From Piscinibacter sp. (GTDB taxonomy: Bacteria > Pseudomonadota > Gammaproteobacteria > Burkholderiales > Burkholderiaceae_C), in the NCBI RefSeq assembly GCF_035513255.1, contig NZ_DATKCI010000015.1: DNA of 64,000 nucleotides. One strand, written 5' to 3'. Under the pieces are notes generated by a model. The model saw only the letters and a program-made list of their open reading frames with translations. It ran no database searches and was not told where the DNA came from. Numbering within the stretch: the first letter of the stretch is position 1; the number at the start of each line of letters is the position of its first letter. Position numbers and translations under genes: made by a program. Below are positions 45,867-55,729 of this stretch, piece after piece.

Positions 45867-47342
45867 ATGGGATTGCTGAGCCTTGCCATCTGGCTGCCGA
45901 TCGTCGCGGGTGCCGTGCTGCTGGCGTTCGGTCGGGATGAACACGTCAAAGTGGTTCGCTGGACCGCGCTCGTTGCCGCGCTGGCGAGCTTTCTGGTGAC
46001 GATTCCGCTGATCACCCGCTTCGACACCACAACCGCCGCGATGCAGTTCGAGGAGAACCTTGCCTGGATCGAGCGCTTCAACGTGTACTACCGCCTCGGC
46101 GTCGACGGCATCTCGGTGTGGTTCGTGCTGCTGACGGCCTTCATCACCGTTATCGTCGTGATCTCGGCCTGGGAAGTGATCACCGAACGGGTCAACCAGT
46201 ACATGGGCGCGTTCCTGATCCTGTCGGGGATGATGGTGGGCGTGTTTGCCGCGCTCGACGGCCTGCTGTTCTTCGTGTTCTTCGAGGCCACGCTGATTCC
46301 GATGTACATCATCATCGGGATGTGGGGTGGGCCGCGTCGAGTCTATGCCGCGTTCAAGTTCTTCCTGTACACGCTCGCCGGCTCACTGTTGATGCTGGTG
46401 GCGCTGATTTACCTGTACTACAAGTCCGGCGGCAGTTTCGATATCCTGGCCTGGCATGACCTGCCGCTCAGCATGGACGTGCAGGCGTTGCTGTTCTTCG
46501 CATTCCTCGCCGCGTTTGCGGTCAAGGTGCCAATGTGGCCGGTGCACACCTGGCTGCCCGACGCTCACGTCGAGGCGCCGACCGGCGGCTCGGTCGTGCT
46601 GGCCGCGATCATGCTGAAGCTGGGCGCCTACGGCTTCTTGCGCTTCTCGATGCCGATCACGCCCGACGCGGCGCACGAGTACGCCTGGTTCATCATCGGA
46701 CTGTCGCTGATCGCCGTGCTCTACATCGGCCTGGTCGCGCTGGTGCAGCAGGACATGAAGAAGCTGGTCGCGTATTCGTCGGTCGCCCACATGGGTTTCG
46801 TGACGCTCGGCTTCTTCATCTTCAACGAGCTGGGCGTGTCCGGCGGCCTCGTGCAGATGATCTCGCACGGCTTCGTCTCGGGCGCGATGTTCCTGTGCAT
46901 CGGCGTGCTCTACGACCGCGTGCATTCGCGCGAGATCTCGAGCTACGGCGGCGTCGTCAACACGATGCCGAAGTTCGCCGCGCTGGCGGTGTTCTTCGCG
47001 ATGGCCAACTGCGGGCTGCCCGGCACGGCAGGATTCGTCGGCGAGTGGATGGTCATTCTCGGCACCGTGAAGGTCAGCTTCTGGCTCGCCGCACTCGCCG
47101 CGACAACGCTGATCTTCGGCGCCGCCTACACGCTGTGGATGGTCAAGCGCGTCTACTTCGGGCCGGTAGCCAACGAGGACGTGCGCGCGCTGAAAGACGT
47201 CAACGCGCGCGAGTTCGCGATGCTGTCGGTGCTCGCGATTGCGGTGCTGTGGATGGGTGTCTATCCGAAGCCCTTCACCGACACGATGCATGTGTCGGTC
47301 ACCGAGCTGCTGAAACACGTTGCGGTGTCCAAGCTGAACTGA
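45867..47342 (+). CDS. nuoM: NADH-quinone oxidoreductase subunit M
   Basis: FFEATLIP, PVHTWLPDAH, YSSVAHMG. Confidence 0.97.
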   Translation: MGLLSLAIWLPIVAGAVLLAFGRDEHVKVVRWTALVAALASFLVTIPLITRFDTTTAAMQFEENLAWIERFNVYYRLGVDGISVWFVLLTAFITVIVVISAWEVITERVNQYMGAFLILSGMMVGVFAALDGLLFFVFFEATLIPMYIIIGMWGGPRRVYAAFKFFLYTLAGSLLMLVALIYLYYKSGGSFDILAWHDLPLSMDVQALLFFAFLAAFAVKVPMWPVHTWLPDAHVEAPTGGSVVLAAIMLKLGAYGFLRFSMPITPDAAHEYAWFIIGLSLIAVLYIGLVALVQQDMKKLVAYSSVAHMGFVTLGFFIFNELGVSGGLVQMISHGFVSGAMFLCIGVLYDRVHSREISSYGGVVNTMPKFAALAVFFAMANCGLPGTAGFVGEWMVILGTVKVSFWLAALAATTLIFGAAYTLWMVKRVYFGPVANEDVRALKDVNAREFAMLSVLAIAVLWMGVYPKPFTDTMHVSVTELLKHVAVSKLN

Positions 47343-47349
47343 GAACGAC

Positions 47350-48828
47350 ATGGACATGAACTGGACCGCCGTCTACCCCGAGATCGTCCTGCTGACGATG
47401 GCTCTGATCGTCGCGATGGTCGACCTGTGGGTCAAGGATCCGCGCCGCACGCCGACCTACCTGCTGACGCAGCTGTCGCTCGGCGTCGTCGCGGTGATGC
47501 ACCTCGTCGACTTCAACCAGGGCCTCACCGTCTACGCGATGCAGCGCATGGTCGTGGCCGACCCGATGGGGCACCTGCTGGGCTTCTTCGCGACGGCCGC
47601 CACGATGGTCGCGCTGGTTTACGCGCGCCCCTACGCCGCCGACCGCGAGATGCTCAAGGGTGAGCTCTTCACGCTCGCGATGTTTTCGCTGCTCGGCATC
47701 AACGTGATGCTGTCGGCGAACAACTTCCTCGTCATCTACCTCGGCCTGGAGCTGATGAGTTTGTCGCTGTACGCGCTGACGGCGATGCGGCGCGACAACC
47801 TGAACGCCACCGAAGCGGCGATGAAGTACTTCGTGCTCGGCGCGCTGGCCAGCGGCTTCCTGCTCTACGGCCTGTCGATGATGTACGGCGCCACCGGCTC
47901 GCTCGAGATCGGCGAGGTCTTCAAGGCCATCGGCACCGGCCAGGCGAACAAGGCGGTGCTGATCCTCGGCGTGGTCTTCGTCGTCGCGGGGCTTGGCTTC
48001 AAGCTGGGCTCGGTGCCGTTCCACATGTGGGTGCCCGACGTGTACCACGGCGCGCCCACCGCGATCACGCTGCTGATCGGCGGCGCGCCCGAGTTCGCCG
48101 CGTTCGCGATCACGATCCGCCTGCTGGTCGAAGGCATGCTGGGCCTGGCGGTCGACTGGCAGCAGATGCTGGTCGTGCTGTCGCTCGGCTCGCTCGCGCT
48201 CGGCAACCTCGCCGCGATCGCGCAGACGAACATCAAGCGCATGCTTGCCTATTCGACGATCGGCCAGATGGGCTTCATGCTGCTGGGCCTGTGCTCCGGC
48301 GTCGTCAACAACAACACGCTGTCCGCGGCGAATGCCTACAGCTCGGCGATGTTCTACGTCGTCACCTACGTGCTGACGACGCTCGGCACCTTCGGTGTCA
48401 TCATGCTGCTGGCACGCCAGGGCTTCGAGTCCGACCAGATCGACGACTTCAAGGGCCTCGCGCGCCGCAGCCCGTGGTACGCCGGCGTGATGGCGATCTT
48501 CATGTTCTCTCTGGCCGGCATTCCGCCGACGGTGGGTTTCTACGCGAAGCTCGCGGTGCTGCAGGCGCTCGTGTCGACCAACGTCGAGAGCTACATCTGG
48601 CTCGCGGTCGCGGCGGTGATGCTGTCGCTGATCGGCGCGTTCTACTACATCCGCCTCGTGAAGATCATGTACTTCGACGAACCGGTGGAAACGGCCCCCA
48701 TCGTCGCCGGCGGCGACGTGCGCGCGCTGCTGTCCATCAACGGCGCGGCCGTGTTGCTGTTCGGTCTCGTGCCGGGCGGGTTGATGGCGATGTGCGCCGA
48801 GGCGATCGTCAAGGCGTTGGGCACCTGA
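47350..48828 (+). CDS. nuoN: NADH-quinone oxidoreductase subunit N
   Basis: EAAMKYF, PFHMWVPDVY, KRMLAYS. Confidence 0.97.
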   Translation: MDMNWTAVYPEIVLLTMALIVAMVDLWVKDPRRTPTYLLTQLSLGVVAVMHLVDFNQGLTVYAMQRMVVADPMGHLLGFFATAATMVALVYARPYAADREMLKGELFTLAMFSLLGINVMLSANNFLVIYLGLELMSLSLYALTAMRRDNLNATEAAMKYFVLGALASGFLLYGLSMMYGATGSLEIGEVFKAIGTGQANKAVLILGVVFVVAGLGFKLGSVPFHMWVPDVYHGAPTAITLLIGGAPEFAAFAITIRLLVEGMLGLAVDWQQMLVVLSLGSLALGNLAAIAQTNIKRMLAYSTIGQMGFMLLGLCSGVVNNNTLSAANAYSSAMFYVVTYVLTTLGTFGVIMLLARQGFESDQIDDFKGLARRSPWYAGVMAIFMFSLAGIPPTVGFYAKLAVLQALVSTNVESYIWLAVAAVMLSLIGAFYYIRLVKIMYFDEPVETAPIVAGGDVRALLSINGAAVLLFGLVPGGLMAMCAEAIVKALGT

Positions 48829-48832
48829 AGTC

Positions 48833-49135
48833 GTGGCATCCTCGGCCGCAGTCTGGCTGGTGATCCTCGTGGCGGTCATCGCCGCCAACCTGCCATTCGT
48901 CAACGAGCGGCTGTTCGTCGTCGGGCCGAAGCGCGATCCGAAGCACCTCGGATGGCGGCTGCTGGAGCTCGTGCTGCTGTGGGGTCTCACGCTCGGCGTG
49001 GGCTTCGCGCTCGAGGCGCGCATCGGACAGATCCAGGTCCAGGGTTGGCAGTTCTATGCCGCCTTCGGTTGCCTGTTCCTCACGCTGGCGTTCCCCGGGT
49101 TCGTCTGGCGCTACCTGAAACGCCACCGTGGATGA
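48833..49135 (+). CDS. DUF2818-like small membrane protein
   Basis: AANLPF..ERLF, Q.WQFY, FPGFVWRYL; usual position after nuoN in Burkholderiales. Confidence 0.8.
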   Translation: MASSAAVWLVILVAVIAANLPFVNERLFVVGPKRDPKHLGWRLLELVLLWGLTLGVGFALEARIGQIQVQGWQFYAAFGCLFLTLAFPGFVWRYLKRHRG

Positions 49136-49142
49136 GACAAGC

Positions 49143-49730
49143 ATGAACCCACCCTCGGACGACGCCCACCTGCGCGAGGAAGCGATCCAGTCGGAACAGG
49201 TCTTTCACGGCCGGCTGCTCGACGTCCGCCGCGACACCGTGCGGCTGCCGACCGGTGACACGGCGGTGCGCGAATACGTCGTGCATCCGGGGGCCGTGAT
49301 GGTCGTGCCGCTGCTCGACGACGGGCGCCTCGTCATCGAGCGGCAGTTTCGCTATCCCGTCGGCCGCGTGATGATCGAGTTTCCCGCCGGCAAGCTCGAT
49401 CCGGGTGAGTCGCCGCTGACCTGTGCCGTGCGCGAACTGGCCGAGGAAACGGGCTACCGCGCGCGCGAGTGGGCGCGCGCCGGCCTGCACCACAACGCGA
49501 TCGGCTACTCGAATGAGCGCATCGAGGTCTGGTTCGCGCGCGGGCTGAGCCCCGGCGAACGCCTGCTCGACCACGGCGAGTTTCTGGACGTGCAGACCGC
49601 GACGCTGGACGAACTGCTGGCCCTCGCCGGGCGGGGCGAACTGACCGACGCGAAGACGCTGATCGGGCTCATGTGGTTGCAGAATTGGCAAGCCGGCCGC
49701 TGGCCGCTGGACTGGCAGGCAGCAGCCTAG
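49143..49730 (+). CDS. Nudix hydrolase (ADP-ribose pyrophosphatase-like)
   Basis: Nudix box GKLDPGESPLTCAVRELAEETG; start could be 49128. Confidence 0.92.
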   Translation: MNPPSDDAHLREEAIQSEQVFHGRLLDVRRDTVRLPTGDTAVREYVVHPGAVMVVPLLDDGRLVIERQFRYPVGRVMIEFPAGKLDPGESPLTCAVRELAEETGYRAREWARAGLHHNAIGYSNERIEVWFARGLSPGERLLDHGEFLDVQTATLDELLALAGRGELTDAKTLIGLMWLQNWQAGRWPLDWQAAA

Positions 49731-49757
49731 GCGGCGGGCAGCCATAATCGGGGCACC

Positions 49758-50210
49758 ATGAAGGTTCTGAACCTGCGCTGCGCGCACGATCATCCGTTCG
49801 AGGGCTGGTTCGCCTCCGACGACGATTTCCAGTCGCAGCTGCAGCGCAGCCTCATCGAATGCCCGATGTGCGGAGACAAGACCGTGACGCGGCTGCCGTC
49901 GGCGCCGCGCTTGAACGTCTCCGGCGCGCGCGAACCGTCGTCGACACCAGCCAAGCCGCCGTCGACCGACGCGCCCGTTCCGGTGACAATGGAAGCCGCC
50001 TGGCTGCGCGCTGTGCAGCACGTGATGAGCCACACTGTCGACGTCGGCGATCGGTTTGCCGAAGAGGCCCGACGCATTCACTACGGCGAGGTCGACGAAC
50101 GCGCGATCCGCGGCCGCGCGACGCCCGACGAGGCGATGGCGCTGAAGGAAGAGGGCATCGAGGTGATGTCGCTGCCGGTGCCGGCGGCGTTGAAGGGGCC
50201 GGTTCAGTAG
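49758..50210 (+). CDS. DUF1178-like zinc-ribbon protein
   Basis: CAHDHPFEGWF..CPMCG, VGDRFAEEARRIHYGE. Confidence 0.85.
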   Translation: MKVLNLRCAHDHPFEGWFASDDDFQSQLQRSLIECPMCGDKTVTRLPSAPRLNVSGAREPSSTPAKPPSTDAPVPVTMEAAWLRAVQHVMSHTVDVGDRFAEEARRIHYGEVDERAIRGRATPDEAMALKEEGIEVMSLPVPAALKGPVQ

Positions 50211-50273
50211 CCCGGATGAAATCCGGGGTTTCGGTGCGTCGACAAGCACCGCTCCGAATCGCATCCGGGCTAC
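50207..50273. repeat. REP doublet (REPIN-like hairpin)
   Basis: GTAGCCCGGATGAAATCCGG..CGGTGC..GCACCG..CATCCGGGCTAC between convergent genes. Confidence 0.9.
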
Positions 50274-51673
50274 AACAGGCGGCCCGGGTTCATCAGATTG
50301 GCGGGATCCAGCGCCGCCTTGATCGCGCGCATCATCGACATCGCCGCCGGCGACTTGCGGTGCACCAGTTCCTCTCGCTTGAGTTGTCCGATGCCGTGCT
50401 CGGCCGAAATCGATCCGGCATGCGCCGACACCGCGTCGTACACCAGGCGGTTGACCGCCGCTTCGTGCTCACGCAGGAAGTCGGCCGCCGCCACGCCGGC
50501 CGGCGCCTGCAGGTTGTAGTGCAGGTTGCCGTCGCCCAGGTGCCCGAAGTTGACGAGCCGGGCGCCGGGAAACGCCGCGAGCAGCGCCGCGTCGGTGGCG
50601 GCAACGAACGCGGGAATGCGCGACACCGGCAACGAGATGTCGTGCTTGATATTGAGCCCCTCTTCGGCCTGCGCGAGCGGGATCGACTCGCGCAAGTGCC
50701 ACATCGCCTTCGACTGCTCCAGGCTCTCGGCCAGCGCCGCGTCGTCGATCACGCCGTCTTCGAGCGCTGATTCAAGCAGCGATTCGAACAGCCCGCGTGC
50801 ATGCGCTTCGCTCTCGGCGTCTGACTGTTCGAGCAGCACCGTCCACGGCGCTGGTGGCAGCGGCTGCGCCAGCTGCGGAAAATGCGTGCGCACCAGGTCA
50901 AGCGCAAACCGGCCCATCACCTCGAAGCCGGTCAGCCCGGCGCCGAGCCGGCGTTGCGCTCGCTGCAGCAGCTGCACGGCGGCGTCCAGCGTCGGCAGCG
51001 CGGCAAGCGCGGTCATCTTCGCCGCCGGCTGCGGATAGAGCTTCAGCGTGGCGCCGGTGATGATGCCCAGCGTGCCTTCGCTGCCGATGAACAGGTCGCG
51101 CAGGTCGTAGCCGGTGTTGTCCTTGCGCAGTCCGGCCAGGCCATCCCAAACCTCGCCGGCGGCGGTGACGACCTCCAGTCCCAGGCACAGTTCGCGTGCG
51201 TTGCCGTAGCGCAGCACCTGCGTGCCGCCGGCGTTGGCTGCGAGGTTGCCGCCTATCGTGCAGCTGCCTTCGGCGGCGAGGCTCAGCGGAAACAGCAGGC
51301 CGTGCGACGCAGCGGTCTCCTGCAGCGCCTGAAGCACGCAGCCGGCGTCCACCGTCATCGTGAAGTTGGCTTCGTCGACCTGCCGCACGCGGTTCATCCG
51401 CGTGAGGCTCAGCAGCACCTGTGTGCCGCTCGCGTCGGGCACCGAGCCGCCGACGAGGCCGGTGTTGCCGCCTTGCGGCACGATGCCGGTGCCCTGCGCG
51501 GCGCAGGCTGTGACGACGGCCGCGACTTCGGCGGTCGTCGCCGGCCGCACAACCGCGAGCGCGCGACCTCGATAGCGCTTGCGCCAGTCGAGCTCCCAGG
51601 CCGATAGATCGCCATCCGCCAGCACGTTGGCGGCGCCAACCGCCGTGCGCAGTTCGTCGAGCAGCTTGCTCAC
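50270..51673 (-). CDS. FAD-binding oxidoreductase (D-2-hydroxyacid dehydrogenase family)
   Basis: PQGGNTGLVGGS, GNLAANAGG, GSEGTLG, GHLGDGNLH, SAEHGIG; GTG start overlapping the upstream stop. Confidence 0.92.
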   Translation of the reverse strand: MSKLLDELRTAVGAANVLADGDLSAWELDWRKRYRGRALAVVRPATTAEVAAVVTACAAQGTGIVPQGGNTGLVGGSVPDASGTQVLLSLTRMNRVRQVDEANFTMTVDAGCVLQALQETAASHGLLFPLSLAAEGSCTIGGNLAANAGGTQVLRYGNARELCLGLEVVTAAGEVWDGLAGLRKDNTGYDLRDLFIGSEGTLGIITGATLKLYPQPAAKMTALAALPTLDAAVQLLQRAQRRLGAGLTGFEVMGRFALDLVRTHFPQLAQPLPPAPWTVLLEQSDAESEAHARGLFESLLESALEDGVIDDAALAESLEQSKAMWHLRESIPLAQAEEGLNIKHDISLPVSRIPAFVAATDAALLAAFPGARLVNFGHLGDGNLHYNLQAPAGVAAADFLREHEAAVNRLVYDAVSAHAGSISAEHGIGQLKREELVHRKSPAAMSMMRAIKAALDPANLMNPGRLL

Positions 51674-52044
51674 GACACCGCCTCCTTGGCGTGACGCAAC
51701 CGCCAGCGCACGTGGACCGCGCAGGCGGTGAACAGCGTCAGGCACAGCACCACCTCGATCACCGCCAGCGCAGCGCTCGGTCCGCGGTCGCTGGTGGCGC
51801 GCACCACGCCTTCGATGAAGTAGACCCAAACGAACAGGCTGACCCAGCGGTAGGTGTACATGCGGTTCTTCATCAGCCCCGCCAGCGGAATCGCGAGCGG
51901 TAGCACCTTCCAGGCCAGCGTGCCGCGGCCGGTCGGCGCGAGCCACAGCTCCCAGGCGAGTCCGAGGACGATCAAGGCCAGCACGCTGGACACCGCGAGC
52001 GCGCGGGTCCAGGCGACGGTGGGGGGCAGGGTCGCATCGCTCAT
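51670..52044 (-). CDS. DUF2069-like membrane protein
   Basis: WELWLAP, RMYTYRWVSL, YFIEGVVRA pattern. Confidence 0.8.
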   Translation of the reverse strand: MSDATLPPTVAWTRALAVSSVLALIVLGLAWELWLAPTGRGTLAWKVLPLAIPLAGLMKNRMYTYRWVSLFVWVYFIEGVVRATSDRGPSAALAVIEVVLCLTLFTACAVHVRWRLRHAKEAVS

Positions 52045-52064
52045 TGCTGGCATCATAGCCAGCG

Positions 52065-53300
52065 ATGAACTTCCCCACGACCCTGCGAGCCACGTGGCAA
52101 GGCCACGTGACCCGCCTCGTGCAGACGCTGCAGACCTGGCCGTGGCTGGAGACGCTGCAGACGCTGCGCCAGCGCTTCCGCGAAGACCGCCTCGGCATCA
52201 CCGCCAGCAGCCTCACGTTCACGACGCTGATCTCGCTGGTGCCGCTCGTCACGGTGATGCTGGCGGTGTTCTCCGCCTTTCCGATGTTCGCAAGCGTGCA
52301 GGGCAGCGTCGAGAAGTACTTCCTGCGGGCGCTGGTGCCCGACAGCATTGCCAAGCCGGTGCTGAGCGCGCTGACGCAGTTCGCCAGCAAGGCCAACAGC
52401 CTCGGCAGCGTCGGCCTGATCATCCTGATATTCACCGCGCTGGCGCTGATGCTCACGATAGACCGCACGCTGAACGCGATCTGGCGCGTGCGCACGCCAC
52501 GGCCGATCGCGCAGCGCGTGCTGGTGTACTGGGCCGCGGTCACGCTCGGGCCGCTGCTCGTCGGCGGAAGCATCACGCTGACCTCGTACGCGCTGTCGGC
52601 GTCCAAGGGGCTGGTCGGCGGGATGCCGGGCGGCGTGAAGCTGCTTCTCGACGCGCTGGTGTTCGGCTTGCAGGCCGCCGGTGTCGCGGCGCTGTTCCAC
52701 TACGTGCCGAACACGACGGTGCGCTGGCGCCACGCGATCGCCGGCGGCGTGTTCGTCGCGATCGGGCTCGAAGTCGCGCAGTGGGGGCTGGCGTGGTACC
52801 TGAGCCGGATTCCGTCGTTCTCGCTGGTCTACGGCACCTTTGCCACTTTGCCGATCCTGCTGGTCTGGATCTACCTCGGCTGGGTCATCGTGCTGCTCGG
52901 TGCGGTGATCGCGGCCTACGCGCCCAGCCTGCAGATGCGCGTCGTTCGGCTGCCCGACCTCCCGGGCTCGCGTTTCCACCTCGCCGTGACCTTGCTGCGC
53001 ACGCTCGCGCGTGCCCGTCTGACCACTAGACACGGCATGAGCCTGCCGGAACTCGCCGAGGCCTTGCGCACCGATCCGCTGCAGATCGAGCCCATCCTCG
53101 ACACGCTGGTGGCGATCGACTGGGCAGGCCGGCTCGACGAGGGCGGCACCGCGCGCTACGTGCTGCTGTGCGACCCGGGCACGACGCCGGCGGCGCCGGT
53201 GCTGTCGCAGCTGTTGCTCGAGCCGTCGCCGACGTTGCGCCGCTTCTGGCAGCGCGCCGGCTTCAGCGACATGACGCTGCGCGAGCTGATCGACGACTGA
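52065..53300 (+). CDS. YihY/BrkB-family inner membrane protein
   Basis: ASSLTFTTLISLVP, TLNAIW, YGTFATLPILLVWIYLGW. Confidence 0.9.
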   Translation: MNFPTTLRATWQGHVTRLVQTLQTWPWLETLQTLRQRFREDRLGITASSLTFTTLISLVPLVTVMLAVFSAFPMFASVQGSVEKYFLRALVPDSIAKPVLSALTQFASKANSLGSVGLIILIFTALALMLTIDRTLNAIWRVRTPRPIAQRVLVYWAAVTLGPLLVGGSITLTSYALSASKGLVGGMPGGVKLLLDALVFGLQAAGVAALFHYVPNTTVRWRHAIAGGVFVAIGLEVAQWGLAWYLSRIPSFSLVYGTFATLPILLVWIYLGWVIVLLGAVIAAYAPSLQMRVVRLPDLPGSRFHLAVTLLRTLARARLTTRHGMSLPELAEALRTDPLQIEPILDTLVAIDWAGRLDEGGTARYVLLCDPGTTPAAPVLSQLLLEPSPTLRRFWQRAGFSDMTLRELIDD

Positions 53301-54578
53301 TCAGGTGCTCTCCTCACGGTGCAGCTGGCCGGCGCCGCAGTGCATCGCCTGGTCCTTGCCGAGGTGCTTGGCCGCGTACATCGCGTCGTCGGCGAGCTGC
53401 AGCAGTTTCATCGGATGCTGCGCGTCGGCCGGGGCCAGCGCATAGCCGATGCTGGCGCTGGTGAGGGACGACACGTCGCGCACGGCGGCCAGCATGTGCA
53501 GCGCCAGAGCCTGCGCGCCGGCCGCGTCGCGCACGGCGGCGAGCACCAGGAATTCGTCGCCGCCGAAGCGGCCCACGGCATCGTCGGCCCGCACGGCGGC
53601 CTGCAGGGCACCGGCCACGTTGACCAGCAGCCGGTCGCCTTCGCGGTGGCCGAGCCGATCGTTGACGGCCTTGAAGCCGTCGAGGTCGACGAAGAACAGC
53701 GCCACCGGCGTCTGCTGCGCATCGAGCATCGCCGCCTCCACGCGATCCATCATCGTGCGCCGGCTCAGCACGTCGGTCAGGGCGTCGCGCTCGACGCTGC
53801 GGCGGAGCCTTTCCTGCGCCATCGTCAGCTCGTGCACGTCGATGGTCACCGTGTAGACGCCGCGCACCTGGCGTCGCGCATCGAAGTCGGGCACGTAGCT
53901 CGTGCGCAGCCAGCGCGGCCCTTGCGGCAGGCGGTCGACGAGGCGTGTGTACTGCACCGTCTGGCCCTTCAGCGCGCGCTCGAAGTACGGCGCGTGCTCG
54001 GCCCAGCGCTTGGCGCCGCGCACCTCGCCGATATGCCGGCCGAGCAACTGGTCCGTCGAGAGGCCGATCGCGTTGCAATAGGCCTTGTTGACGAAGCGCA
54101 GCACGAAGCCGCGGTCGACGTACGTGAGCGGGTAGGGAATGTTCTCGGTGAAGCGGTCCAGCCGCTCGCGTGCCGCTTCGAGGGCTTCGCGGGCGAGCAC
54201 GTCGGCATGAATGTCGAAGGCGATCGTGAAGACCGCTTCGACCTCGGCGTTCGGTCCGATGTCGGGGAACACCTGGACACGTGCCCAACGCGAGGACTTG
54301 CTGCCGTGCGTCAGGCGCCGTTCGTAGTGGACGGTGCGGCCCTCGAAGGCATCGCGAAACGCCGACTCCGCGCGGGCCCAGGCGTCGTCGCCGAAGATCT
54401 CCTGCAGCGTGCGGCCGATCAGCTCGTCGCGCGGTCGCTCGGCCCATCCGAGGTAGGGCTCGTTGCAGAAGACCAGCCTGCTGTGCGCGTCCCAGCGCCC
54501 GATCGGCAGGTCGATCACATCGACCAGGCGCTCGATGTGCGAGAGGCGATGCGAAGGCGGAAAGGTGGAGGACGACAT
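53301..54578 (-). CDS. PAS-PAS-GGDEF diguanylate cyclase
   Basis: Two PAS-like repeats; DALTDVLSRR, FVDLDGFKAVND, RADD I-site and RFGGDEF. Confidence 0.92.
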   Translation of the reverse strand: MSSSTFPPSHRLSHIERLVDVIDLPIGRWDAHSRLVFCNEPYLGWAERPRDELIGRTLQEIFGDDAWARAESAFRDAFEGRTVHYERRLTHGSKSSRWARVQVFPDIGPNAEVEAVFTIAFDIHADVLAREALEAARERLDRFTENIPYPLTYVDRGFVLRFVNKAYCNAIGLSTDQLLGRHIGEVRGAKRWAEHAPYFERALKGQTVQYTRLVDRLPQGPRWLRTSYVPDFDARRQVRGVYTVTIDVHELTMAQERLRRSVERDALTDVLSRRTMMDRVEAAMLDAQQTPVALFFVDLDGFKAVNDRLGHREGDRLLVNVAGALQAAVRADDAVGRFGGDEFLVLAAVRDAAGAQALALHMLAAVRDVSSLTSASIGYALAPADAQHPMKLLQLADDAMYAAKHLGKDQAMHCGAGQLHREEST

Positions 54579-54586
54579 CGGCGAAG

Positions 54587-54916
54587 TCAGAACGGAATCT
54601 TGCCGGTCCAGATGTCCTTGTACATGACCCAGTCACCCATGAAGCTGTAGAGCGGCCGCTTGAACGACGCCGGCTTGTTCTTCTCGAAGACGAAATGCCC
54701 GAGCCACGCGAAGCCGTAGCCGGCGAGCAAGCCGTACAGCAGGTACTGCGGTCGGCCGGTGGCCAGCAGCATCGCCAGGCACACGAGCGCCAGCGTGGAG
54801 CCGGCGAAGTGCAGCCGGCGGCAGGTGCGGTTCTGGTGTTCGCCCAGATAGAACGGGTAGAACTCGGCGAAGCTCTTGAACGACTTCGGGTCGGTGACGG
54901 CGGTGGCGATGTTCAT
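54587..54916 (-). CDS. DUF962-like membrane protein
   Basis: FYPFYLGEH..RRLHF.G, GHFVFEKNKPASF. Confidence 0.85.
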   Translation of the reverse strand: MNIATAVTDPKSFKSFAEFYPFYLGEHQNRTCRRLHFAGSTLALVCLAMLLATGRPQYLLYGLLAGYGFAWLGHFVFEKNKPASFKRPLYSFMGDWVMYKDIWTGKIPF

Positions 54917-54925
54917 CGGCGACTC

Positions 54926-55729
54926 CTACTTCAGTGCATCCCGCAAGGCATTCAACACCGCGTCGGGCACCTCCGACATCAGGGAATGTCCCCCGGGCAG
55001 CGTCCGCACCTTGGCGTTCAGGGCGGAGGCGATGTCGCGGGTGGCCTTCGGCGTGGTCATCTGGTCGTGCTCGCCGAGGATGAAGGTGACCGGGCATCGG
55101 ACCTGTGCAGCGGCTTCCAGCCCGTGCGCATAGCGGTCGCAGACACCGAAGTCGTGCAGGAAGAGGTTGCCCTCCTGCGGGCCGCTCGCCTGCATGCGTC
55201 GCATCAGCGCCTGGTTGGCCCCGTGCAGCCAGGTGCCGGGGCCGGGATACGACGGTTTCGCCGCCGTCGTCGAGTGCGAGAAGGCGTTGACCATGTCGAT
55301 GGCCTTCAGCGGCGCCTCGCGGGCCGTGGTCATCAGCGTGTCGGACACCTTCATCGGGTAGGCGATGCCGATCATCACGAGTCGCGTGATGCGCTGCGGC
55401 GCGCGGGCCGCCGCTTCGAGTGCGATCAAGGAGCCCATGCTGTGGCCGACCAGCGCGGCCTGCTGCACGTCTGCCGCATCGAGCAGAGCGAGCACCCAGT
55501 CCGCCAGCGCTTCCACGTCGGCCAGCGGCGGACCCTCGCTGCGGCCGTGCCCGGGCTGGTCGACGGCGAGCACCGCGTGGCCGTGGTGCGCAGCCCAGCG
55601 CGCAAGCAGCGTCCACACGCTGTGGTCGTGCAGCGCGCCGTGGATGAACACCAGGCAAGGCAGCGTCGGGTCGAAAGGTTTGCCGCCGGTGTAGGCGTAG
55701 GCCTGGCGGCCGTTCACGTCGATCCGCAT
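54926..55729 (-). CDS. Alpha/beta hydrolase
   Basis: FIHGA, VGHSMG nucleophile elbow, GGH; overlaps the upstream stop. Confidence 0.9.
   Translation of the reverse strand: MRIDVNGRQAYAYTGGKPFDPTLPCLVFIHGALHDHSVWTLLARWAAHHGHAVLAVDQPGHGRSEGPPLADVEALADWVLALLDAADVQQAALVGHSMGSLIALEAAARAPQRITRLVMIGIAYPMKVSDTLMTTAREAPLKAIDMVNAFSHSTTAAKPSYPGPGTWLHGANQALMRRMQASGPQEGNLFLHDFGVCDRYAHGLEAAAQVRCPVTFILGEHDQMTTPKATRDIASALNAKVRTLPGGHSLMSEVPDAVLNALRDALK

Noticed and set aside
50270-52606. 778-aa ORF as a single large oxidoreductase
   Set aside because: Homology begins at VSKLLDEL (GTG 51673); the upstream part overlaps DUF2069 and yihY, so it is an open-frame artefact.
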